This document shows, in pieces, positions 48,366-57,176 of a stretch of DNA of 64,000 nt. Below the pieces are notes generated by a model that saw nothing but the letters and a program-made list of their open reading frames with translations, ran no database searches and was not told the origin of the DNA. Source of the DNA: Patescibacteria group bacterium (lineage in GTDB: Bacteria; Patescibacteriota; Minisyncoccia; Phycocordibacterales; Phycocordibacteraceae); NCBI GenBank assembly GCA_019744845.1, contig JAIETW010000001.1:12623-76622 (forward strand), read 5' to 3'. The position numbers and the translations under genes were made by a program. Every line of letters starts with the position of its first letter. The stretch's first letter is position 1.

Positions 48366-48914
48366 CTACAAAATACCACGACCTTGCAAATAGGTCTTGA
48401 GGGCCTCAAGAGCAGTCTTGCGGAATGGTCGCGCATCCCGTTCCTCAGTCGTAAGCTCTGCGCGCGTCCTCGTATCTCCCTCATGGATAAAGGCCACATC
48501 AAAACCAAACCCGTTATCTCCCCGCGGGTGGTCTGCAATTGTTCCCTTAGAGTCTCCCCTGAAGTATCTAAACTCAGTACCATCAAAGAACCCAACAACG
48601 GCAGTGACTGAACCCTTACGGTCAGGATACGTGTCCGCAAGACGACACACTCCCTCAATACCAAGCGCAATCTCAAACCATTTCGTGAGTGGACCAGGGA
48701 GCCCGTTCATTCCATCTATGAGAAGTCCTGAGTCGTCCACCAATACAGGACTTCCAATACGGGCATAGGCGTCACGAACTTTTGCTTCAATAACTTCTTC
48801 GTGACTCAAAGACTGAATCTCTGGCAGATCAAGGGGTTCGTTTGCAATCGGAACACCAAGATAGCGCTCGTATTCAAGCGTCTTGTTCTTGTTGCTCGTA
48901 ACCAGGGTTAGCAT
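48366..48914 (-). CDS. HAM1/RdgB non-canonical purine NTP pyrophosphatase
   Basis: TSNKNK, DDSGL, GLPG, GFGFD. Confidence 0.9.
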   Translation of the reverse strand: MLTLVTSNKNKTLEYERYLGVPIANEPLDLPEIQSLSHEEVIEAKVRDAYARIGSPVLVDDSGLLIDGMNGLPGPLTKWFEIALGIEGVCRLADTYPDRKGSVTAVVGFFDGTEFRYFRGDSKGTIADHPRGDNGFGFDVAFIHEGDTRTRAELTTEERDARPFRKTALEALKTYLQGRGIL

Positions 48915-48916
48915 AT

Positions 48917-49855
48917 TTAGCGCACGCCGACGGCCTTACGCACTGCCTCCATTTTTGCTTCGCTTACCTCTCTCGCCTTCTCTGCGCCATCGGCAAGCAC
49001 TGAAGCAACTTCTGCATCAGAGATTGATTCGCGCTTCTCACGCATTGGCGCAATGAATGCATCAAGATCTTCCACGAGTGCATCTTTAAGCGCCTTGTAG
49101 CTACCCTTGTTCGCTTCATAGAGTGGTGCAAGTTCAGCCTCGCTCTTAAGAAGCTTGTGCATCGCGTACACATTCTCAGGAATACCTGCAGAAGAGTCAG
49201 TGACGATACTCATCACTGCTTTCTGAATTTCCTCACGAGAACCAAAGAGCGGAATGGTGTTTCCGTAGCTCTTGCTCATCTTCTTACCATCAGTGCCCGG
49301 AACAACACCCGTTGCCTTAAGAATGAGTTCCTTTGGTGCCTTAAAGACCTCTGTAAAAGCCTTATTGAACTTCGCCGCAGCCTCACGCGCATATTCAATG
49401 TGCTGGCGCTGGTCCTCTCCTACTGGTACTGCCTCTGCGTCATACAACAGAATGTCTGCGGCCATAAGCATCGGGTACGTAAAGAGTCCTGCGTTGGCTT
49501 CTAGTCCCTTCGCTACCTTGTCCTTGTATGCATGTGCCTGCATAAGGAACGGAACGGTCACGAGACAATCAAAGATCCATGCAAGTTCGGTGTGTGCAGG
49601 TACGTCTGACTGTTTAAAGATCACTGCCTTATTTGGATCTACCCCAACCGCAAGATAGGTGCGCACGGCCTCAATGGTGTTCTTACGAAGCTCATCAGGA
49701 CTTTTAAGAGAAGTAAGCGCATGGTAGTCCACGACCATGAGGAAGCTGTCGTATTTCTCATAGGTGTCAACAAAAGGCTTAAGCGCCCCAAAGTAGTTAC
49801 CAATATGGAGATCGCCCGAAGGCTGAAGGCCGGTGAGGAGACGAGGTTTTGCCAT
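48917..49855 (-). CDS. trpS: Tryptophan--tRNA ligase
   Basis: QPSG, HIGN, VPVGEDQ, KMSKS. Confidence 0.97.
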   Translation of the reverse strand: MAKPRLLTGLQPSGDLHIGNYFGALKPFVDTYEKYDSFLMVVDYHALTSLKSPDELRKNTIEAVRTYLAVGVDPNKAVIFKQSDVPAHTELAWIFDCLVTVPFLMQAHAYKDKVAKGLEANAGLFTYPMLMAADILLYDAEAVPVGEDQRQHIEYAREAAAKFNKAFTEVFKAPKELILKATGVVPGTDGKKMSKSYGNTIPLFGSREEIQKAVMSIVTDSSAGIPENVYAMHKLLKSEAELAPLYEANKGSYKALKDALVEDLDAFIAPMREKRESISDAEVASVLADGAEKAREVSEAKMEAVRKAVGVR

Positions 49856-49870
49856 ATCATAAAGACTATA

Positions 49871-50326
49871 TCAATCACGTATCTTTTTCGCGAGTTCTGC
49901 CAGTTCCCCATCATCGGCCCGTGCGGCGTCATGTGATGAGAGGTATCCCGGGTACACCTCATAGAACTCCGTGCGCTTAGATTCAATTGGCTTCCACTCA
50001 CCCATGTCTTTTGTGCCATGCATTGGGAACAATTTCACGTGTGCATGGTCTACTCCGAATCCTTCGGCAAGAAGGCCTGTGCGTCCTACGTCTGGAAGTG
50101 TCGCGTCAATCTTCTTCCCTACCGTCTTTGCTGCCCTAAGAAGTCCTGCATACACCTCATCCGGCAAGTCAAAGACGTAGCTTCCGTAATGCTCCTTAGT
50201 GACGACGACTGAAAACCCCGGAGTATTCGGGAATATAGAAAGGAACGCGAGATGCTTCTCATCCTCCCAAATAGTATGGGAAGGAGCCTCTCCCTTGACT
50301 ATCTTGCAGAAAATACAAGAATCCAT
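49871..50326 (-). CDS. HIT family protein
   Basis: CIFCKIV and HAHVKL variant triad. Confidence 0.88.
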   Translation of the reverse strand: MDSCIFCKIVKGEAPSHTIWEDEKHLAFLSIFPNTPGFSVVVTKEHYGSYVFDLPDEVYAGLLRAAKTVGKKIDATLPDVGRTGLLAEGFGVDHAHVKLFPMHGTKDMGEWKPIESKRTEFYEVYPGYLSSHDAARADDGELAELAKKIRD

Positions 50327-50438
50327 AGCCACAATTCTACCACCCCTTCTTCATCTGTTCTTCCGCATCATATTGGTATACCTATCTCTATGCGTATCGT
50401 AGACGATATGTACTTACTCAGATAAACGTACCGTCATC

Positions 50439-50549
50439 ATGACCAATCCAGACCCGAAGCACACTGATAAGAAGAACGACACTCCTTCTGCGCATGAGTC
50501 GGACAAGAAGAATATGGCAGATAAGACCGACAGTCCCTCTGCAGCCTAA
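50439..50549 (+). CDS. Putative small hydrophilic protein (36 aa, not in the ORF track)
   Basis: MTNPDPKHTDKKNDTPSAHESDKKNMADKTDSPSAA, followed by a terminator. Confidence 0.45.
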   Translation: MTNPDPKHTDKKNDTPSAHESDKKNMADKTDSPSAA

Positions 50550-50560
50550 GGTAAGTTAAC

Positions 50561-50591
50561 AAAAAACCTCTCCAGCATGGAGAGGTTTTTT
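50561..50591. terminator. Bidirectional terminator downstream of tRNA-Tyr
   Basis: aaaaaacctctcca-gca-tggagaggtttttt. Confidence 0.85.
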
Positions 50592-50613
50592 GACTCTTAG
50601 CACAATATAAAAG

Positions 50614-50696
50614 TGCGCCGGGCAGGATTCGAACCTGCGTAGGATAAATCCGCTTGGTTTACAGCCAAGTGCAATTGACCACTCTGCCACCGACGC
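50614..50696 (-). tRNA. tRNA-Tyr(GTA)
   Basis: Acceptor GCGTCGG/CCGGCGC; anticodon arm CTTGG-CT-GTA-AA-CCAAG; long variable arm; GGTTCGAATCC; CCA not encoded. Confidence 0.95.
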
Positions 50697-50740
50697 ATCT
50701 GTCGCCGACTATAGCATTGTCTTCCCTCCTATTCCAGGCC

Positions 50741-51985
50741 TTAGGTAAGCTTCAAAAGAAGCACGTCGCGCTTTCCTTTGCGGATGATGGCAAGCTCATT
50801 GGTGAAGTCTGAGAGCGTAAGCTCGCGCGCAGGATCTGAGAGTACTTCTCCGTTCAAGGTCACTCCACTTGCTTCAATCAAACGGCGTGCCTCTGATTTG
50901 GATGGCACCGTCTTTCCTTCTACGAGCACATCCACAATAGGACGCACGACTGTCTTCTTAGACATACGAAGTGTCGGTACTTCTCCGAGAAGCACTGACA
51001 CCTCTTCACGAGAAAGGCTTGCAAAGGCACGACCTCCAAAGAGTGCATCAGTAGCTGCTCCTGCCTGTGCTGCAGCTGCAGGGCCATGCACAATCTCGGT
51101 AACCAAGCGTGCAAGCGTCTGCTGTGCCTCACGAGAACCAGGATTCTTCGCATGAGATGCCATAACTGCATCAATCTCTTCAAGTGTCAGAAAGGTGTAG
51201 AGCTTTAAGTACGTCTCAATACCCGTATCAGGAAGGTTGATCCAGAACTGGTAGAACTTAAATGGCGAAGTCTTTTTGCCATCAAGCCAAACTGGCGTGC
51301 CCTCTGACTTCCCAAACTTCTTCCCTGCAGCGTCAGTCACCAAAGGACAGGTGAACACAAAAGCTTCTTCACCAAGCTTCCGGCGAATAAGCTCTACACC
51401 GGAGAGCATGTTCGTCCACTGATCAGATCCTCCGATCTGAACGTTAATTCCCTTCTTACGATAGAGGGTAAGGAAGTCGTAGCCCTGAAGCAGTGAGTAG
51501 GAGAACTCAGTAAAGGAAATACTTTCATCAGAATTCTCAAGACGACGCTTAATCAAGTCACGCTTGATAAGTTCATTGATAGTGAAGTGCTTTCCGATAT
51601 CACGAAGAAACTCTACCAAGTTCGCCTTAAGAAGCCATGATGCATTGTCTACAAGCTCAATGCGCTTTCCGACTATCCGAGAGAGTTGAGAGCGAATCGC
51701 ACGCTTATTCTTCTCAAGCGTACGCGTATCAAGAAGAGAGCGCTCACCCACCTCACGAGGGTCTCCAATCATTCCTGTTCCTCCTCCGACCACGAACACA
51801 AGACGATGCCCTTCAGCACCTAGTCGCTTCATAAGAAGGATCGGGACGAGGTGCCCTACATGGAGCGAATCTGCAGTTGGGTCTATACCCAAGTACACTC
51901 CTCGTTTAGAAGAGAGAATGTTATCAAGTGGCGAAGAGGAATGCTCCGCAAACCCACGTGCCGATAGGTCGTGTGCCAAACTCAT
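50741..51985 (-). CDS. tyrS: Tyrosine--tRNA ligase
   Basis: GIDPTADSLHVGH, QIGGSDQW, KFGKS, C-terminal S4 domain. Confidence 0.97.
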   Translation of the reverse strand: MSLAHDLSARGFAEHSSSPLDNILSSKRGVYLGIDPTADSLHVGHLVPILLMKRLGAEGHRLVFVVGGGTGMIGDPREVGERSLLDTRTLEKNKRAIRSQLSRIVGKRIELVDNASWLLKANLVEFLRDIGKHFTINELIKRDLIKRRLENSDESISFTEFSYSLLQGYDFLTLYRKKGINVQIGGSDQWTNMLSGVELIRRKLGEEAFVFTCPLVTDAAGKKFGKSEGTPVWLDGKKTSPFKFYQFWINLPDTGIETYLKLYTFLTLEEIDAVMASHAKNPGSREAQQTLARLVTEIVHGPAAAAQAGAATDALFGGRAFASLSREEVSVLLGEVPTLRMSKKTVVRPIVDVLVEGKTVPSKSEARRLIEASGVTLNGEVLSDPARELTLSDFTNELAIIRKGKRDVLLLKLT

Positions 51986-52004
51986 ATACAAAAGTATACC
52001 AGGC

Positions 52005-52979
52005 TTACTCCGGCTTCAGAATCAATTCTTCGCTGATGGAGGCACCGGTCTGGATGTGGATGATGGCTTCCGCTAGCATATCTGCCACAGAGACGATGGT
52101 GATCTTGGGATGATTCAACACCTCATCGCGATGTGCGACAGAGTCGGTAGTGATGATCTCTTCCACTGGAGAGGCAGACAAGCGCTCAAGTGCAGTGCCG
52201 TTAAACAAGCCATGCGTGACCGCGACACGAATACTGCGTGCGCCACACTCCTTGATATGATCCACCGCGTTAAACATGGTGCCACCAGAATCAAGCATGT
52301 CGTCAATCAAGAGCACATCCTTTCCTTCTACGTCTCCGACCATAGAGAAGACCTCTGATTTGTTGTTTACATGAAGATCACGCTGCTTGTAGACAATGGC
52401 AATGTCGGGCACGCCAAGAAGCTGTGCATAGCCTGTCACACGCGGCACTCCTCCCTTATCAGGTGAGACGAGAACAGTATCTTTTAGATTGCGCTTCTTG
52501 ATCTCAGGCACAAGCACATAACTTCCGTAGAGGTTATCCCATGAGAACTGCACGGAGCCCTGCACCTGCTCCGCATGAATATCAAGCGTACAGATACGAT
52601 CTGCACCTGCGCTCCGAATGAGGTTTGCGACGACGGCTGAAGAAATAGGCACACGAGGCTGGTCCTTACGGTCCTGACGAGCGTATCCAAAGTATGGGAT
52701 GACCACGTTCACTTCGTCCGCTGACGCGCGACGGGCAGCGTCAATCATAAGCAGAAGCTCCATGAGGTTATCGTTTGCCGGCTTTCCAGTGGACTGAATG
52801 ATGTAGACCGGGCGGCGGCGAAGGTTCGGGATGCCTTTCACACGCACTTCCCCATCTACGAAATACGTAATAGGGTTGGTCACCTCCTTCCCAAGGATCT
52901 TGGCAATCTTCTCCGCAAGTACAAGGTTTCCGTTTCCTGCAAGCAGCACAAATCCGTTCCCGTCTGTAGGCTTCTTCAT
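52005..52979 (-). CDS. prs: Ribose-phosphate pyrophosphokinase
   Basis: PYFGYARQDRK, VSPDKGG, IDDMLDSGGT; start set at MKKPT. Confidence 0.96.
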   Translation of the reverse strand: MKKPTDGNGFVLLAGNGNLVLAEKIAKILGKEVTNPITYFVDGEVRVKGIPNLRRRPVYIIQSTGKPANDNLMELLLMIDAARRASADEVNVVIPYFGYARQDRKDQPRVPISSAVVANLIRSAGADRICTLDIHAEQVQGSVQFSWDNLYGSYVLVPEIKKRNLKDTVLVSPDKGGVPRVTGYAQLLGVPDIAIVYKQRDLHVNNKSEVFSMVGDVEGKDVLLIDDMLDSGGTMFNAVDHIKECGARSIRVAVTHGLFNGTALERLSASPVEEIITTDSVAHRDEVLNHPKITIVSVADMLAEAIIHIQTGASISEELILKPE

Positions 52980-53023
52980 GTGAGTACCGTTACGATAAAG
53001 TCTCCGTAAGTAAGACCACGCCA

Positions 53024-54667
53024 TTATACTATGCGCGGCAATTCTATGATAAAGCGAGAGCCCTTGCCTGCTCCATCTGACTCGGCCCATACCTTTCCGT
53101 TGTGGCCAGCCACAAGCTGCTTTGCGACGTAGAGACCAAGACCCGTTCCAGTTGTGTTCACTTTGTTCGCTCCACGCGCACGGGTGAACTTATCAAAGAG
53201 GATCGCAATCTCATCGGCGGGGATGCCCACTCCCGTGTCACTCACGACGATTCGTACATGTTCTGTGTCTTTCTCAACTGCGACCTTGATTCCTCCCTTC
53301 TCTGTGTACTTAATAGCGTTATCAACGATGTTTACGATCACCTGCTTGATCTTACCGATGTCAGCGCGCACCATGACATCCTCAGACGGAGTTGCACTAA
53401 GGGCAAGATCTTTCTTAGACGCAATCGGTCCAAGCTCCTGAACAACGGTTTCAACAAGATGTGCAAGATCAAACTCACTCTTCTCATATTTCATGCGACC
53501 TTGCTCAATACGAGAGATGTTCAAGTAGTCCTCAATGGAGGTTGCCATCATGCGTGTCGCCTCCATGATGGTTTCAATTGGTTCTTTGAAATAATCTGGC
53601 ACGACACCATAGGTGCCATCCGACAAGTTTGCTGCATACCCTCGCACGGCGGTAATAGGTGCACGAAGCTGGTGTGAGGCGATTGAAAGGAATTCATCCT
53701 TCATTTGATCAAGCTCTTTCAGGTGTGAGTTAGCCTGGTCAAGCTGGTTGTTGGTTTTTCGGAGCGTTGCGGCAAGTTCCTCAATCTGTACACGTGCCTC
53801 GGCTTCTCGCTTTGCGTTCTCAATGAGCATCAGACCAATGAAGAGCGTCATGGCCAGGGTCACCAAAGAGAGAGTTTGATCGGTGGCGTCCTGTACATAG
53901 AGAAGCTGTGAGCCCACCATGACGATAAGGATGTACGCCAAAACTTGTGTACCGACGAATCGGAACTGGAACAAACGAAGGTCAGTAATCGCAAACGTCA
54001 TAATGATGAGGAAGAGCGGCAGAATGAAGAGTCCGTAGAGGTTCGTCTCATACACGCCGGTCATAGAGGCGATGTACTCCGTACCTGCAAAGACGCTGTA
54101 GAACAAGAGGATTGCAAGACCGATCACACTTACCTGAACCCGCTTACGAAGATCGGAGCCCTTCCACGCAAGTACAAAAGAGACCAGCATGAGTGCTGCA
54201 GAGGATGCCTCCGCAAACAGTTTGTAGTGTGTAAGCCAGCCGTTATTTGTAGCCTCACAGACTGGCTGATAGAAGTCCAGGACTGAATTTCCAGTCACCG
54301 TAATAGCAAACGCAGGAATGGTGAGAAGCACCATAATCCCCTTCTCCCATGCAGATACCTGCCCGCGTGCAAGAAGACCGAAGAAGTACGCACCAAGTAT
54401 AAAGAAGATAACGTTGATGAAGTCTAGCCAGGACCAGAAATAATAGACGACATTATAGTCAGATTGTGTCCAGACAATAAGGTCACCAATAAGCCACAAG
54501 GAAAAGCCAAAAGTAAATGCAAAGAACACGACCGCGAGTCGTGAGAACTTAGTGCGTATCAATGCATAGATACTGAGGAAAAGACCAATAGCGGTCGGTA
54601 CCAGGTGAGAGTAGTACGCTATCGTGTGATAGAAGTGCGTTGTCTCATAACAGGTATTGATATCCAT
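53024..54667 (-). CDS. Multi-TM sensor histidine kinase
   Basis: About 8-9 hydrophobic segments; H-box ASHQLRAP, N-box NAIKYT, G-boxes DTGVG and GTGLGL. Confidence 0.93.
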   Translation of the reverse strand: MDINTCYETTHFYHTIAYYSHLVPTAIGLFLSIYALIRTKFSRLAVVFFAFTFGFSLWLIGDLIVWTQSDYNVVYYFWSWLDFINVIFFILGAYFFGLLARGQVSAWEKGIMVLLTIPAFAITVTGNSVLDFYQPVCEATNNGWLTHYKLFAEASSAALMLVSFVLAWKGSDLRKRVQVSVIGLAILLFYSVFAGTEYIASMTGVYETNLYGLFILPLFLIIMTFAITDLRLFQFRFVGTQVLAYILIVMVGSQLLYVQDATDQTLSLVTLAMTLFIGLMLIENAKREAEARVQIEELAATLRKTNNQLDQANSHLKELDQMKDEFLSIASHQLRAPITAVRGYAANLSDGTYGVVPDYFKEPIETIMEATRMMATSIEDYLNISRIEQGRMKYEKSEFDLAHLVETVVQELGPIASKKDLALSATPSEDVMVRADIGKIKQVIVNIVDNAIKYTEKGGIKVAVEKDTEHVRIVVSDTGVGIPADEIAILFDKFTRARGANKVNTTGTGLGLYVAKQLVAGHNGKVWAESDGAGKGSRFIIELPRIV

Positions 54668-54679
54668 ACAAAAAGTATA

Positions 54680-55522
54680 TCACTGGCTCGTGGCCGTAAG
54701 TTTATTTTCAACGAATTCTCTGTCCTCACGTGGGTGACACATCCAGAACCGATCTCCTTCAATCTCTGTAGGCTCAAGGTTCACCACAAGCGGCTTCTTC
54801 CCTGTCTCTTGCATTGCCGTAATAAATGCAGGAAGGAAGATGTCGCGAGTGAACTCAAGCTCTTTTTCATCTATAAGGAAGTTCTCAAACAAAATACCGT
54901 GACGCACAAAGAGCATTAGGAAGGAGCGATAGTACGAAAGTGGTGTAGGGCCATTGCGCTTAAACCACTCTGACGCATCAAAAAACGCGGTATCCGCTTC
55001 TCGGTACCGCGCCTTAAACAATTCATGATGGAAGGAAACTAGATCCTGGCCCCAGAGTGTCTCTACCTCGCTTAGCTTCTTTCCGTTTGCTTTATTGAAA
55101 TCAACGATAGTAAGCGAATCAATACGAGAACCTCCTTTCTTCCCCTTCCCTGCAAAAAAGAACAATCGTCCCAGAGAATGTTTCCATTCGTTGTTAGAGG
55201 TGAATTTGTCCTCTAAGTATTCAAAGAAAAGTGGTTCAATATGCTCAATGGAATCAATAATGCTAAAAAAGCGACGAATTTCATAATTAGAAGTGGTGAG
55301 CTGGCGAAAGGCGACTCCATGTGGCCCTCGTCGTAACGGCTCTGGAATATCTTCGCCAAGCCATGCCGTTACTTTTGCATCGAGTGCCTCATCTTTTCTG
55401 CGACGCATCAGCTCCTCCACTGCTTCATCGGGAGGAGTGTACACAAAACGATCAAAAGCTTCACGGTTACGAACCAACGCTTCAATATCTATGGTATGGG
55501 GGTCTAAATCCTTTTCGTTCAT
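54680..55522 (-). CDS. Hypothetical soluble protein next to the histidine kinase
   Basis: 280 aa ORF rich in aromatic residues; no family recognised. Confidence 0.75.
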   Translation of the reverse strand: MNEKDLDPHTIDIEALVRNREAFDRFVYTPPDEAVEELMRRRKDEALDAKVTAWLGEDIPEPLRRGPHGVAFRQLTTSNYEIRRFFSIIDSIEHIEPLFFEYLEDKFTSNNEWKHSLGRLFFFAGKGKKGGSRIDSLTIVDFNKANGKKLSEVETLWGQDLVSFHHELFKARYREADTAFFDASEWFKRNGPTPLSYYRSFLMLFVRHGILFENFLIDEKELEFTRDIFLPAFITAMQETGKKPLVVNLEPTEIEGDRFWMCHPREDREFVENKLTATSQ

Positions 55523-55540
55523 ACCACTGAAAACTATCTG

Positions 55541-55963
55541 CTATAGAACGTACGGTTCTTCTTCTTGTATTCCTTCAGTGCCCTCTGTTTCCTCTACAGG
55601 CGCTTCTTCTGGTGCGGGTTCAGGCTCATACACTGCACACTCATCTTCTTCTGATTCACCACATACTATTTCTTCACACGAAATGATGCCAGCCTCACAC
55701 TCTCTTTCACAGGAGTTATCGCTGCACATCTCAAACTCCTGTGCGGAGACAGTGTACATCTTGTATTTCTCAAGACCGCTCGGAGGACAGTCGTCAGGGT
55801 TGCTACAGTCACGATAGAAACAGGTTTCCGTTGCAGGATCACATTCTGCTTCTACCAAGAACAGGTACTGCTTGTCATACAAGAAGAGCCACGCCGTTGC
55901 GGCAAACGTCACTACCAAAAGGAGTAACACGAAGGAAAGCAAAAGCTTGTCCGATCGGTCCAT
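55541..55963 (-). CDS. Membrane-anchored Cys-rich acidic protein
   Basis: TM helix, 10 Cys, Glu/Pro-rich tail; start set at MDRSDK. Confidence 0.75.
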   Translation of the reverse strand: MDRSDKLLLSFVLLLLVVTFAATAWLFLYDKQYLFLVEAECDPATETCFYRDCSNPDDCPPSGLEKYKMYTVSAQEFEMCSDNSCERECEAGIISCEEIVCGESEEDECAVYEPEPAPEEAPVEETEGTEGIQEEEPYVL

Positions 55964-56022
55964 TACCCCTGAATATACCATGAATTCACTGAGTTTTTGA
56001 GGGACCGTGGACAGCCTTCCCT

Positions 56023-56640
56023 CTAGAAAAGTCCATTAAACCAGGTGGTCATAGACTCCCAAGTCGTAGAAAAGAAGATTTGAACTTCGGGTGGGAAGAA
56101 ACTAAACAGCCAGACAGCAAGTCCGATAATTACGGTCCAGCGTAGTGTCCAGTATGCATTTGAGAAAAGCACACTCAACCAGAATATTTTCCAGTCACGA
56201 GGAGTAAGTCCATTAAACTCGCTTGATCCCTTGCGGAGATAGACCGTTACCATAAATGGATCACTATTAAGTGAGAGTACAAAGAACGCAGGCACATCTC
56301 CCATACGTACAAGTTTCCGCATCATCCGCTTCCACCATCCATCACCTTCAAGCTCTTCACGCACTCCTTTGACTGCTTCAAATCCAAACCAGTCTATTTT
56401 TGCCCAATCATAGAGCTTGATGTAGCCCCAGCACACGAGCGCAGAAAGGGGTGCCATGATTGCAAAACCAAGAAGAGACCCCCATATCGGACCATACGTA
56501 TAGGTGGTAAAGCCCACTACCGTACCGTAGAGAATCCAATCAAACAAAACTTCCTCAACCTGTTTTGCTCCATGTCCCACTGCCACTGTGGCAATGAAGG
56601 TCATGTGCTTATCCCACCAGCGACGAAGTGACGCAAACAT
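56023..56640 (-). CDS. Hypothetical Trp-rich membrane protein
   Basis: Several TM segments; start set at MFASLRR. Confidence 0.7.
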   Translation of the reverse strand: MFASLRRWWDKHMTFIATVAVGHGAKQVEEVLFDWILYGTVVGFTTYTYGPIWGSLLGFAIMAPLSALVCWGYIKLYDWAKIDWFGFEAVKGVREELEGDGWWKRMMRKLVRMGDVPAFFVLSLNSDPFMVTVYLRKGSSEFNGLTPRDWKIFWLSVLFSNAYWTLRWTVIIGLAVWLFSFFPPEVQIFFSTTWESMTTWFNGLF

Positions 56641-56642
56641 GA

Positions 56643-57173
56643 TTATCGTGCAAGCACAAACAACCCAATAAGCGGTGCAATAAACCACCAAAAGAAGAAC
56701 CCTTCAGGAGCAAACAACTGATCAAGAGGTTGCGAGAACTGATAGATGTTGCTGATATCAAAGACGTGATACCCAAGCACCAGCAAAAACGCGGCGGCCA
56801 AAAATGAAAGAATAAGGTTCGGAATAAACGTAAGTGAGCCGAATCCCCCACCCGTAAGCCGGCGGATAACAATGAATGGCAGAAAGGTTGCAGCCCCAAA
56901 GATCAGAAGACTGAGTATGGCTTTTACTGGCGAGGTGCCTCCCATGGCAACTATGAAGTCGGTATACGGGAATACTACGTAGATGGCGTAGCCTGCGTAG
57001 AGTGCAAGAATGAATGAGATCAAACCACTTCTGCCTCCCTTCATTGCGAAGAAGAGGAAAATTACTGTTAGAACGATGAGGGCAAGGAAGTTACCCGTCC
57101 ACAGCCATGCATTCTCGGTAATGGTAGTAGCGAGCTGCTGACTCTGCGCAAGTACGTCTACAGAAAGATCCAT
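56643..57173 (-). CDS. Hypothetical membrane protein
   Basis: About 5 TM helices; 3 nt after the aldolase gene. Confidence 0.7.
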   Translation of the reverse strand: MDLSVDVLAQSQQLATTITENAWLWTGNFLALIVLTVIFLFFAMKGGRSGLISFILALYAGYAIYVVFPYTDFIVAMGGTSPVKAILSLLIFGAATFLPFIVIRRLTGGGFGSLTFIPNLILSFLAAAFLLVLGYHVFDISNIYQFSQPLDQLFAPEGFFFWWFIAPLIGLFVLAR

Positions 57174-57176
57174 TGA

